Virus record (IMG/VR): IMGVR_UViG_3300033155_000498
Coordinates: 14,394-78,393 of that record
Source: a virus
DNA length: 64,000 nucleotides
Reading direction: 5' to 3' (one strand)
Of this stretch, positions 1-9,742 are shown in pieces (the stretch's first letter is position 1; every line of letters starts with the position of its first letter). The position numbers and the translations under genes were made by a program. The notes beneath the pieces were generated by a model. That model did not search any database. It was not told the origin of the DNA and saw only the letters and a program-made list of their open reading frames with translations.

Positions 1-758
1 GCATCACGCTGTTTTGTAACTTGCTCAACAGTTTTACCAAACCCGTCTGCAACTCGATTTAAATATTCGCTTGGAGACATGTTAACTAACTCTGATACTA
101 GGCCTTTTGCTCTTTCAAAGTATTCTGGATTTTGCATCATGTTATCGTAAAATGGCATTTCTGTTGTGTCTTTATGGAATGCATTTTGTATATCTTCGTT
201 AGTTGGATCGCCTTTGTCAACATCATCTTCAGCTGGTACTGGTGGCTTATTATGCCAAACTGATGTGTCGCTTATCCTACTCATGCTACCATAATCAATA
301 TAGCGATTGTTACGCTTCACCCAAAGCAAGCCGCCTGCACGTAACGCTGGTTCGTACTTGTCTGACCCAAACTCCCCGGAAACTGTGCCGAGGTCTTTCG
401 AACGTGGTTTACTTTTAAGTACTTCCCAAACGTGTTCTATTACAGATTCAACAGTTGGGAATAATGTTTTAATTGTTGAATATTTTCGTCCCAAGCGTCT
501 AAGATCACTATCGTTAACATAAAAATAACCAGGATCTTTATATCGAACGCCATCACCACGTGTCCAAACGCGCATGCCAGGATCTTTAACGTGTATTAGT
601 GCAAGGTTAACTTTTTGATCTTTGAGTGCTAACATTGTTCTACGCTTGCCAGTCATTTTTTCTAAAACTGTGCGACTAATCTCTTTGTTTAGAGCGTCAG
701 CAATAGCATTAACTTTACTAAACATACTGGCTTCTGTTATAAAATCATTTGCCTTCAT
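1..758 (-). CDS. Hypothetical protein, putative internal head protein (3' end outside window)
   Basis: Manual translation from ATG 758-756 (ATGA overlap with upstream stop) gives MKANDFITEASMFSKV..., open to the window edge; N-terminus resembles a T4 capsid-targeting sequence. Confidence 0.7.
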   Translation of the reverse strand, partial: MKANDFITEASMFSKVNAIADALNKEISRTVLEKMTGKRRTMLALKDQKVNLALIHVKDPGMRVWTRGDGVRYKDPGYFYVNDSDLRRLGRKYSTIKTLFPTVESVIEHVWEVLKSKPRSKDLGTVSGEFGSDKYEPALRAGGLLWVKRNNRYIDYGSMSRISDTSVWHNKPPVPAEDDVDKGDPTNEDIQNAFHKDTTEMPFYDNMMQNPEYFERAKGLVSELVNMSPSEYLNRVADGFGKTVEQVTKQRD

Positions 759-3700
759 TGTGGGTAGTGTCCTATATTTTTCATTAAGTTTTTAAATACT
801 TCTTCAGCGGCAGATGCCTCATTGCCGTGTATGTCACGCTCAACTTCCATTCCTTCCAACCAGCGCATGTTTGCATCCATATCTTCTACACTGTGCCTAT
901 CAGCAATCATTTGTATTGCGTCACGATGTGACTTTGGTATAGCCGGAGTGCCGTCGTCAACTGCTGGAGCGGCTTGTTTAGCACGTCTACTCTTTAGCTG
1001 ATTAATTAATTCTTCCTTGGTAATCATACCTGCGTTAAATGCTGCAAATAAAGTAAACGCTGGTTTGTCTGCTTCGCCCTGTCCTACATTGGATGCTAAC
1101 TTATATAACTTCTTAGCGTATTCTTTCTTGTACGCTGCTGGATCTGCTGCTACTGCATACGCAACAATAAAGCGGTTTATAGCTGCAAAGATAGCTTCAA
1201 TATCGTGGAAGTAGTCTTCGCCGCCTGCGGATCTAAACTCGATCCAGCCATCCCTAACACCCACTGACGCAAATTTACCAAAGCTAATATTGTTAAAGGA
1301 ATTACTAACTGCATGACTCAGATCACCTTTCATTTTAGACATTAGCATTGCAAGTGATTTTTCCTTGCCTGGTTTATCTCTTTCGAAACCTTGTCGTGCA
1401 TCCATCATATCACTTAGTTGTGTGAGTGAGTGTACTGCATATTCGTTAAACTCGCGCCCAAAATGTTTTAATATATGTGCGTCACCTAGCATAATAACTA
1501 ACTTCGCATAATCCAATTTAGATTGATCCACTTTAGCAAGGCTTACGTTAATATGTAAACCTGTTGATTCGTTTGCATACGCGCCCTTGCCCTTTAGATA
1601 TTCAATAACTGCTTCAACATTCTCAATACCATCTACATAATTCATTTTTGATGTGACTATTTCCAAACCACTATCACCATCGTTATTCGGCTTAATGGAC
1701 GCATCGCTTGTAACTGACCACGTTGTACTTGTATCAGTATCACCGTAACTGTCGCCGCCATCTACCGAAACACTTTCACCGGATATGTCTTCTAAGTCGC
1801 TTGCAACTTGATGTGCAAGTTCTTCGTCAAAATCTTCTTGGTACAATGGACCACCGGGCCAAGTTAAATCACCGGACCATTCGTTATATACATCGCCCAT
1901 GCTGTTTAAATGTACCTGGCGTAACCACGTACCAACAGAATAATCATAATCATTGACTGCTATTTCTGTCTCATAGAATTCTTGCTGATAAAATTCATTT
2001 AATGCTTCTATAGCTTCCACATTGTCAGCAACGAAAACTTCATAGTATAAAAGTAAGTACGGGTCGGTGGCTTCCTGCACAGGCCACTGTTCAGCATCGC
2101 CGTCTGTTTTATATGCATCGTGTGCCACACGTAACACTTCATTGGCAATCTCTTCTGTTATCTCAAGATCGTCTTCGTCTACTTTCTCACCTGCTTTATC
2201 AGCAAGATCGTTTTTAATTCTAATAATAGCATCGTCTGCATCACTTGAGTTAACATACAGGTCTGTCATTATTTCTACTTTCTTAGTGTCTTCAACAGTT
2301 GGATTATTAAGAGCATCGTCTACTTCACTTGTCTGCCAAGCTGATGCCCGTTCGTCTATCCATTCTTGATGCGCTGCCATCATAGTTTCAAACGCTTCGT
2401 CGTTGTCTGTGTCGTATGTAAAGAATTCGCGTATGTCGTCAAATGATGTGTGTTTAGTAATGTCCGGATTTGCTTCTGTGTCTCGCTGAATTATAACTTC
2501 AAACTCAAGTCCAATCATTGGATCAACTGATTGTATAATACTGTTTACATGCTTCTGCAATCCGCCCGGTGACATGTTAAGCTCGTTAACAAGCCCTTCG
2601 AATATATTATTAACTGTTTTAGTTTTGCCGTTTGTTTTTAGTATTGGCGGTACACCACCTACTGTTACCGTGTGCCCTAATTTTGCTGCTTCTATTTTAG
2701 TTTGGTTAACTCCAACATCGCATGTTGTGTTAACACCTTGAACAATGCGGCCTTGTTCATTAATCTGTGTGCCTACAACTTTATGTACTAATCGTTTCGC
2801 TTCTTTAGTTCTGTCTGCTGCTATTAAACGTGTAAGTAAATCAATCTGTGCTTTTGGTGCTATTTTATAAAATTGACTGATTTCGTTAGGGCCGGTATCT
2901 GTAGCGAACTTAGTAAGATTTGATGCTGCTTCGTAGATATAGTCATAATCAAAATCATCAAACAGGCTTTCTCTCGCTGCCATTAAACGTTTGACCATTC
3001 CTTCTGTTGCTTGTGTTGTTGTACCTGTTTCAAGCTCTGCACGTAGCTCTTGTGCTAATGTATCGGGTTCGTCTTTCTTTTGCTCAAGACTTAACTTACT
3101 GTCTTCGTGCCCGCGCCTCTTAGCCCAAAGTTTTGCAAAGTAACCATCTGTGCGTAGCATTTTAAATGCTAAGTTCTCAGGTCCAAACTCTCCAAACTCG
3201 TCTAGTCCAGCGGATCTGTACTTCTTAACTAGATCTAAAACACTGTTTAAATATTCTGAATCGTCGGAGGCCAATGCACGAATAGCAAGGTTCTTTAGTT
3301 TGTCGTATTTTAATAAGGTTGCAGTATCGTTAAGGTTTGCACGTTGCTTAGATGGAATCTTATTCCACTCATCCTTCATAACACTGTAGCTACCTAAGGA
3401 ATGATGTGGTTCTGCTGCATCTTGTACGTACAGCTCAACTTCATATCCTTTAATTTTAATATCGTGGTTGTGATTGTATTGATACTTCTTAGCATCAAAC
3501 ATTTCTTTATAAACTTCGTTATTTGGAAGTTTTGTAAAGTCTACTATAAGGTGTAAGTCAACATCTGAGTGTGGTGTATAACTATATGCTGCATTAGATC
3601 CACTTACTTCGATATCAACTAATGCGATGTTCTGTACGCCTAAGAACTCGCGGAAATGATCCGCAATCTCTATTAGTTTATTACGTACCAGCGGGCGCAT

Positions 3701-3790
3701 CTTGTCATTCATAAAGATTTGTGGATTCAAATCAGTATTAAAGTTTATGGCCTTCGTTAGTTGGAAGTTGTCGAGTTCTTCTAAATTCAT
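755..3790 (-). CDS. Fusion of Pol-beta-type nucleotidyltransferase (N-term) and COOH-NH2 amidoligase-2-like domain (C-term)
   Basis: GSNAAYSYTPHSDVDLH and VELYVQD (GS..DxD..E); GLEFEV, SDASI, GLEIVT, NESTGLHINVS, IEFRS amidoligase motifs. Confidence 0.8.
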   Translation of the reverse strand: MNLEELDNFQLTKAINFNTDLNPQIFMNDKMRPLVRNKLIEIADHFREFLGVQNIALVDIEVSGSNAAYSYTPHSDVDLHLIVDFTKLPNNEVYKEMFDAKKYQYNHNHDIKIKGYEVELYVQDAAEPHHSLGSYSVMKDEWNKIPSKQRANLNDTATLLKYDKLKNLAIRALASDDSEYLNSVLDLVKKYRSAGLDEFGEFGPENLAFKMLRTDGYFAKLWAKRRGHEDSKLSLEQKKDEPDTLAQELRAELETGTTTQATEGMVKRLMAARESLFDDFDYDYIYEAASNLTKFATDTGPNEISQFYKIAPKAQIDLLTRLIAADRTKEAKRLVHKVVGTQINEQGRIVQGVNTTCDVGVNQTKIEAAKLGHTVTVGGVPPILKTNGKTKTVNNIFEGLVNELNMSPGGLQKHVNSIIQSVDPMIGLEFEVIIQRDTEANPDITKHTSFDDIREFFTYDTDNDEAFETMMAAHQEWIDERASAWQTSEVDDALNNPTVEDTKKVEIMTDLYVNSSDADDAIIRIKNDLADKAGEKVDEDDLEITEEIANEVLRVAHDAYKTDGDAEQWPVQEATDPYLLLYYEVFVADNVEAIEALNEFYQQEFYETEIAVNDYDYSVGTWLRQVHLNSMGDVYNEWSGDLTWPGGPLYQEDFDEELAHQVASDLEDISGESVSVDGGDSYGDTDTSTTWSVTSDASIKPNNDGDSGLEIVTSKMNYVDGIENVEAVIEYLKGKGAYANESTGLHINVSLAKVDQSKLDYAKLVIMLGDAHILKHFGREFNEYAVHSLTQLSDMMDARQGFERDKPGKEKSLAMLMSKMKGDLSHAVSNSFNNISFGKFASVGVRDGWIEFRSAGGEDYFHDIEAIFAAINRFIVAYAVAADPAAYKKEYAKKLYKLASNVGQGEADKPAFTLFAAFNAGMITKEELINQLKSRRAKQAAPAVDDGTPAIPKSHRDAIQMIADRHSVEDMDANMRWLEGMEVERDIHGNEASAAEEVFKNLMKNIGHYPQ

Positions 3791-3808
3791 ATCAGTATTT
3801 ATGAAGAT

Positions 3809-4399
3809 CTACGAGCGTGTGATGTTTACGGACTTGTGTGACCATACGTGCCCGCCGATATCACGCCAGCGGTTGCAAAATTCCCAGGACTCATCCTGCT
3901 CTATATTTTTGCGTACTGTGGTTTCGAAATATGATCTTAGTAAGGAATCATCGCTAAATGCAGATACACGTGGGTGGTCTTTTAGGTGTTCAAATGCTTC
4001 GCGGCTTATCATCATAAATCCGCCATCAACGTTATCAACTTCTCTAGTGTCAACTTCGTCTAGCATTTTAGTGGTACAGTATTGATTGACTGGACCAATT
4101 ATATGTTTCTTAGCTGAAAGTAACGCTAATACTTGCCATGGTTCAAATCTAACATCTGCGTCAATGAATAACAAATGTGTTAGTTTAGGGAAGTTTAAGA
4201 ACGTTGATACTAGAGTATTTTTTAAGCCTGGAACGAGTACAGCGGCTTCAGCTGTATGTCCAATGCCAATTTGTGTTGCTGTTTCGCTCCACATAACATA
4301 ACTTTGAAATGTGTGAGTGGATATACCGGGTTGGGAGAATATGCAGGTGTGTACGTGTTGTTCTTTAAGGTAGTCAATGGGTGCTAAATTTATGTTCAT
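3809..4399 (-). CDS. GT-A-type glycosyltransferase-like protein
   Basis: THLLFIDAD (DxD), GGFMMISREAFE, FCNRWRDIGG. Confidence 0.65.
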   Translation of the reverse strand: MNINLAPIDYLKEQHVHTCIFSQPGISTHTFQSYVMWSETATQIGIGHTAEAAVLVPGLKNTLVSTFLNFPKLTHLLFIDADVRFEPWQVLALLSAKKHIIGPVNQYCTTKMLDEVDTREVDNVDGGFMMISREAFEHLKDHPRVSAFSDDSLLRSYFETTVRKNIEQDESWEFCNRWRDIGGHVWSHKSVNITRS

Positions 4400-4429
4400 A
4401 ACTGTATTTAATACAATTATGTACGTAGT

Positions 4430-5086
4430 TTAAAATTTCGTAATAAACTCTACAAATTCGCGTATTAGATCTTCTGTTTGTACTACGCCTAGTTTCTTAT
4501 CAAACAAGTTGCGTAGTCCTTGTGGTACATCACCATAAAGGTCTGCAAGGATTTTGCCACGATTCTTATCTGTTGCTGTAGCATACATGTCGCGTATTTG
4601 AGTTGCGCCTTTTACCTTCTTGCCTGCTACTGGAAACTCGATAGTTGGTGTTACATACGCATACATATGGCCTGATGAAACTGGCTGCGCGTCTTTGCGT
4701 AACCACTGTATGGCTGCGCGTTCTCCGTTCTTTTTAACGGCGTACCCTTCTGCGTCTGTATTTGCGCCAACTAAACGATCACCATCTTTTTGGCTTACTG
4801 CAAGAATTATAACAGTATCAGTATCACTAAATGGAATTGCATCTTTAATAAACTTTTCGACGTACGGACTCTTAACTTTAACGAACTTATTAGCTGGAAT
4901 GCCCATTGCCGTTGCAATACGTTTCTTTTCGTTCCATGAAAATGGATCTCTTGGACCAGTTGCTTTTTCAGCTGATGCCATGAATACGCTATTAGCACCA
5001 AACTTTTGAGCTAGGTGATCGTAGGATGATTTATGGCCTTTGTGTGGCGGTTGGAATCGGCCGCCATATACAACTAATGTCTTCAT
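4430..5086 (-). CDS. Cytidylyltransferase-like (HxGH) nucleotidyltransferase
   Basis: YGGRFQPPHKGH; GATQIR. Confidence 0.8.
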   Translation of the reverse strand: MKTLVVYGGRFQPPHKGHKSSYDHLAQKFGANSVFMASAEKATGPRDPFSWNEKKRIATAMGIPANKFVKVKSPYVEKFIKDAIPFSDTDTVIILAVSQKDGDRLVGANTDAEGYAVKKNGERAAIQWLRKDAQPVSSGHMYAYVTPTIEFPVAGKKVKGATQIRDMYATATDKNRGKILADLYGDVPQGLRNLFDKKLGVVQTEDLIREFVEFITKF

Positions 5087-5094
5087 AGCTGTAT

Positions 5095-5430
5095 TTATTT
5101 CTTTTTAGGGAATGTTAAGATATTTGCATTTTGGTGTGCTTCTTCAAGTACCGTTTGCATAGCTAATGATTTTTGGAATTCTTCTACTTGTTTGTAGAAT
5201 ATTGTAACCATTGCGTTATAACGTGCAACAGGGTCTTTATATTTGGATAGGTCTTGCTCTAAGCGCCACTGTACTCCCCTGAGTCTTTCTTCTTTCTTAG
5301 GATCGCCTTCGGAAATACGAATAATTTCTTTATCTAATAAGTCTTTGCGGTAGTCTTCAAATGCTTCAGGATCAATCTTGGCCATCTCTACTAGCTGTGC
5401 AAACTTAGTATCAAAATCGTCGCCAAACAT
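5095..5430 (-). CDS. DUF3135-like protein
   Basis: FAQLVEMAKIDPEAFEDYR...RLRGVQWRLE...KDP pattern. Confidence 0.6.
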   Translation of the reverse strand: MFGDDFDTKFAQLVEMAKIDPEAFEDYRKDLLDKEIIRISEGDPKKEERLRGVQWRLEQDLSKYKDPVARYNAMVTIFYKQVEEFQKSLAMQTVLEEAHQNANILTFPKKK

Positions 5431-5802
5431 TTAATACCCGACTGATACTTTGTTAATAGTTCCTGCTGTAAACTGAGTTACAGTGGCTCGAAGCCATGTG
5501 TAGTTGCCTTCAAGATTAGCGAAGTTATTTTCGGTTAAAGGATTAATACCATCGCCGATTGTTTGGATTGGAAAATAATTGGGTGTGGTGTTATCTGCAT
5601 CTAGTGTAGCTTCAATAGTAATAATAGCTATTACGCCGGTTAAATACCAGGACAATGTTTGAACGCTCTTATCCTTAGAATAATATGCTGCGGCTTTTTG
5701 TGGTGGGCCACTAAAGTCTCCGCTATCAACAAGCGGATCATAGTTTCCGTTGGCTGTGGCAAACGTTGTTGATGGGATTAAATTGTACGATGATGTTTTC
5801 AT
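5431..5802 (-). CDS. Hypothetical beta-rich protein, probably structural
   Basis: ORF directly behind a TAAATA box; GNYTWLRATV. Confidence 0.5.
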   Translation of the reverse strand: MKTSSYNLIPSTTFATANGNYDPLVDSGDFSGPPQKAAAYYSKDKSVQTLSWYLTGVIAIITIEATLDADNTTPNYFPIQTIGDGINPLTENNFANLEGNYTWLRATVTQFTAGTINKVSVGY

Positions 5803-5803
5803 A

Positions 5804-6253
5804 TCAGTATTTATCTGTTATTTCAAACAATGGTTCTTGATCTTCTAACCAGTCTTTTATCATTTGTAGCTCTGTACGTGTTTTGACTGGATTATTAGGA
5901 AAGACCAACCCATCTATAGTTAGATCATATATGATACCGTCTCCGCTATCCTTACCACTGGATATCGGCACCAGCTGAAGATCAGTTTCTTCAATTAATT
6001 GAGATGCAATCTTACCCATTGGCGTTGGAAGCATTTCTACATGAGCTACAACATAGTCACCCTCTATAGAAAGGATCGCTTTAGCTGCAATGCGATCCAT
6101 AGTAGACGACTTAGGCACCGGGTATTCATCAAACGTAACAATACCAAGACCTTTGTTGAATTCTTCAACTGCTTTAACTAGTTCGTCTCTGGGGTAGATT
6201 CTACCTCTGCCATTGCCTGATACGACATCGCATTTGTAAATCTTTGCTTTCAT
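5804..6253 (-). CDS. Degenerate T4 gp21-like prohead protease paralog
   Basis: NGRGRIYPRDEL and LPTPMGKIASQLI resemble gp21; the GELxHP His motif is absent. Confidence 0.6.
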   Translation of the reverse strand: MKAKIYKCDVVSGNGRGRIYPRDELVKAVEEFNKGLGIVTFDEYPVPKSSTMDRIAAKAILSIEGDYVVAHVEMLPTPMGKIASQLIEETDLQLVPISSGKDSGDGIIYDLTIDGLVFPNNPVKTRTELQMIKDWLEDQEPLFEITDKY

Positions 6254-8571
6254 TACTTGTCAGGTTTAAATTGATCTAAAATAATATACCCATCATCGTC
6301 TGTGCCGCCAGGCTCTGGAGTGCCAGCTAATGGCTTAGGCAATGCTGCTGGCTGGATACCTTGCTTATTAAGGAATATAATCTCATCATCTTTTAAGTCT
6401 GCTACTATGGAACAATGACTTAAACCTTCAAACAAGATGCGCTTGCTAAGTGGTTTCTTAAGCAATTCAGAAATTTCACGCTTAATAGGTCTAGCACCAA
6501 GAGCTGCATCATAACCAACTGATGCGATGTGTGTAATTACAGTCTCATTAACGTGCAAATCGATCTTCTTAGATTTAAGGTTGTCTTTAAGTTCTTTGAT
6601 AAACTTAATAACAATCTTCTTGATATCCATATCTTCAAGTTTCTTAAATTTAGCAATACCATCAAGTCTGTTACGGAACTCTGGGCGGAAGAACTCTTTA
6701 ACTGCTTTATCTTCTTCACCTGTGCGTTCCATATCTGTAAAGCCGATACGGTTCTTTTCATTCTCAGCGGCACCAAGGTTGGATGTTAGTATAATAATAC
6801 AGTTACGTAGACTAACTTCCTTACCACTACGACTAGTAATCTTGCCTTCGTCTAGTACCTGTAACATTACGTTCATAACGTCCGGGTGTGCCTTTTCTAC
6901 TTCGTCAAATAGTAGTACAGAGAATGGGTGTTTGCTAACATCTGAAATTAACTTACCACCACCGCCTGCATCTTCAAATCCAACATAGCCTGGTGGAGCA
7001 CCAATTAATGATGCCACTGTGTGCTTCTCCATGTATTCTGACATGTCGTAACGTAGCAGTTCCATATCCAAATTATCACTAATTAACTTAGCAAGTTCTG
7101 TTTTGCCTGTGCCTGTTGGGCCAAGGAATAAGAAACTTGCGACCGGTTTGTTCTCTTCTGAAAGTCCACTAAAGTTAACATAGATCTTATCTAGTACTTC
7201 ATCGACGGCTTGTTCCTGACCGTACAGCTTGTCATCTATGTTATGCCTAAGCGAGATGAGTGATGCACTCTTTTCGTTACTTAGACGCTCAACTGGAACA
7301 CCTGTTATTTTACTAACTTGAACAATAACTTTATCTTCCGTTATAATTGCGGCCTGGGTATCATTTGCGCGTTCCTTAGCACATGCGGCATCGAGAATGT
7401 CAATTGATTTATCAGGGTTCTTTCTATTGTGTATGTAACGACTGCTTAAATCAACCGATGCCTCGATGGCTTCTTTATTAATTCGCACCTTGTGGAATTC
7501 ACTTAATCGATCGGCAACACCTGTTAGTATCTTGATCGTAGTTTCGTGATCTGGTTCATCAATTGTTAAGTTGTAGAACCTACGCATTAATGCTTTATCT
7601 TTTTCAAAGGACTCGTAGTATTCGTCCCATGTAGTGTTCGCAACAACCTTAATCTTGCCGCGTGTGATTACTGGTTTTAACATGTTTGCAAAGTCTAAGT
7701 TAGAACCTCCTCCTGCACCAGCACCTTTCATTGTGTGCGCTTCGTCAATAAACAAAATGCCGTTACCAGATGCTTCAAGTGCATTAATAACTTTCTTAAA
7801 TTTATCTTCAAAGTCGCCCCTGTACTTACTACCGGCTAGCATATCGCTAATATTGAGTTCCCATACAGTGTGATCATGTAAGAACGCAGGAACTGTCTTG
7901 GCAATAATTTGTTGTGCTAGGCCTTCAACGATTGCAGTTTTACCTACGCCCGGATCGCCTATCATTAGCACATTAGACTTAAATTTCTTAGCAAGGATTT
8001 CAATTGCGTCTCTGACTTCTTCAGTACGACCAATAAGCGGTTCTAACTCGCCCTTCTCGGCTCTAGCTGATAAGTTAGTGCAATGTTCTTCAAGCAACTC
8101 TGCAGACTGTACATCTGACAAGCCGCCTGTTGCATTGTTATAATGTTCGTTCCAGTATTCAGCAAAGTTTTCTTTGTCGTCAATGCCGTACTTTAAAATA
8201 AAGTAGTGTGCATGGCTGTTAGTTTCGCTTGAGATACTTAGAAATAAATCAATTGTTGTAACATAACGTCTGCCGCTGAATAACACTTGTGTCACAGCAC
8301 GGTTAAATACGCGCTCTAGACTATTTGTTCTTTTTGGTGCTTCTTCAGTTGGCTGGCCCTGAGTTGTTGGCAATAATCCATCTAGATATTCTTCAATGTC
8401 TCCAATTAAATCATCTATTTTAACGCCGTAACCTTTAGCGCAAAAGTAGAATGGTTCATAGCTTAGAAGTGCGACAAGCAAGTGTTCGAGTAATACGTAT
8501 TCGTGTCCTCGTTTTTTTGCTAGGGCAATTGCATAGTCTGTGATTTGTTCGATTTCTGGATTAATTTGCAT
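6253..8571 (-). CDS. clpA: ATP-dependent Clp protease ATP-binding subunit ClpA
   Basis: Clp N-domain (HEYVLLEHLL), two AAA+ modules GDPGVGKT and GPTGTGKT, DMSEY, GAPPGYVG, IGF loop; likely start MQINPEIE. Confidence 0.92.
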   Translation of the reverse strand: MQINPEIEQITDYAIALAKKRGHEYVLLEHLLVALLSYEPFYFCAKGYGVKIDDLIGDIEEYLDGLLPTTQGQPTEEAPKRTNSLERVFNRAVTQVLFSGRRYVTTIDLFLSISSETNSHAHYFILKYGIDDKENFAEYWNEHYNNATGGLSDVQSAELLEEHCTNLSARAEKGELEPLIGRTEEVRDAIEILAKKFKSNVLMIGDPGVGKTAIVEGLAQQIIAKTVPAFLHDHTVWELNISDMLAGSKYRGDFEDKFKKVINALEASGNGILFIDEAHTMKGAGAGGGSNLDFANMLKPVITRGKIKVVANTTWDEYYESFEKDKALMRRFYNLTIDEPDHETTIKILTGVADRLSEFHKVRINKEAIEASVDLSSRYIHNRKNPDKSIDILDAACAKERANDTQAAIITEDKVIVQVSKITGVPVERLSNEKSASLISLRHNIDDKLYGQEQAVDEVLDKIYVNFSGLSEENKPVASFLFLGPTGTGKTELAKLISDNLDMELLRYDMSEYMEKHTVASLIGAPPGYVGFEDAGGGGKLISDVSKHPFSVLLFDEVEKAHPDVMNVMLQVLDEGKITSRSGKEVSLRNCIIILTSNLGAAENEKNRIGFTDMERTGEEDKAVKEFFRPEFRNRLDGIAKFKKLEDMDIKKIVIKFIKELKDNLKSKKIDLHVNETVITHIASVGYDAALGARPIKREISELLKKPLSKRILFEGLSHCSIVADLKDDEIIFLNKQGIQPAALPKPLAGTPEPGGTDDDGYIILDQFKPDK

Positions 8572-8572
8572 A

Positions 8573-8947
8573 TTATACCTTTTTCTTTCGTTTGGCACGT
8601 TTGATGCCGTTATGCAGACGATCAATGGCTTTTCCTATCTCGCCATCCTCGTCTGAGATTGTAATCTGCTTCTCATTACCTAAATAATTTGTATAACTTA
8701 TATGTATTGTACTGTCTTCTTGATCTTTTTGCAAGTCTTTTATAGATGGATTGAAGAAAAAATGCGGTTTTATTTTGGTTACAAGTATTTTGGCATCAAG
8801 CCCAACGTCCGGACCAGTCAATGCTGACCTAGGAGTTAGGTTAAGTGCAATTAGCATCTCAATCCCTTGTTTTTGATTTGTAGTAGGAGCACTATATGTT
8901 ACATCCTTGGCTGGTTTCTTCTGTGGTTTATCTTTTATTTTTAGCAT
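8573..8947 (-). CDS. Hypothetical protein
   Basis: ORF preceded by TAAATA-N6-ATG. Confidence 0.55.
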   Translation of the reverse strand: MLKIKDKPQKKPAKDVTYSAPTTNQKQGIEMLIALNLTPRSALTGPDVGLDAKILVTKIKPHFFFNPSIKDLQKDQEDSTIHISYTNYLGNEKQITISDEDGEIGKAIDRLHNGIKRAKRKKKV

Positions 8948-8956
8948 ATAAAATAT

Positions 8957-9697
8957 TTAGTCCTTATCCTTCCGAATCAGTGCTAAAAGTGACTCGGAAA
9001 TATCGTCTGGAATCTTCCCAACCAAGCGGACTAACAGGTCACCTTTTACTAAATGGTTTGATCTTGATTGTATTCCATTGCCCTTTACGCGCATATGAGT
9101 GCCAGGATTTGTTCTCGGTGGGACCTTCAATCTTATTGTGCTGCCGTCTATTGTCCTAACATCTAATTCTGTTCCAGTAATTAAGTCCCAGATGCTTATG
9201 TCCTCACCCTTAATTAAATCAAGATTTTGTACTTCCCATATAGTATCAGGTTGAATTCTAAATTTAATAACAACATCAATATTGTTTGCTAACTTTGGAT
9301 ATCTGATTGCTTCGCCATTACGTATACCAGGCGGAATAGTTATTTCAACATTCTCATTTTTGCCATGTACTGGAATTTGCATTAGATGGTCGCCACCGAG
9401 AACTGCATCTTTAAGTGATATTAGCATTGATAGACTAACTTGCATCTGATGGCGGAATCTTGCTTCTCGCAAGAAATCATTGATGTCGCCGGGTGTTTTA
9501 AAATTGAAACTTGCTGCTGTGAAGTCTGGTGGTCCGTCTTTAACTTGGTCGTATGCTGTTTGAAGTTCTTTAAACTTTTCGTCCCTGCCACCATTGCGGT
9601 CAGGATGAAGCTTCATAGCAAGACGTTTGTATGCTTTTTTAACTTCTTCTGTTGTGGCGTTTGATTCTAAACCAAGAACCTTATACGGATCACTCAT
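8957..9697 (-). CDS. DnaJ/CbpA-like co-chaperone
   Basis: J domain with HPD (LHPDRN), DnaJ C-terminal domain, no Zn finger. Confidence 0.9.
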   Translation of the reverse strand: MSDPYKVLGLESNATTEEVKKAYKRLAMKLHPDRNGGRDEKFKELQTAYDQVKDGPPDFTAASFNFKTPGDINDFLREARFRHQMQVSLSMLISLKDAVLGGDHLMQIPVHGKNENVEITIPPGIRNGEAIRYPKLANNIDVVIKFRIQPDTIWEVQNLDLIKGEDISIWDLITGTELDVRTIDGSTIRLKVPPRTNPGTHMRVKGNGIQSRSNHLVKGDLLVRLVGKIPDDISESLLALIRKDKD

Positions 9698-9707
9698 ACT
9701 AATATTT

Positions 9708-9727
9708 AAGCGGCCTTGCGACCGCTT
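9708..9727 (-). terminator. Hairpin (probable terminator) after tctC
   Basis: Minus strand AAGCGGTC-GCAA-GGCCGCTT stem with GNRA loop; weak U tract. Confidence 0.45.
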
Positions 9728-9742
9728 GCATATTTTTAGTTC

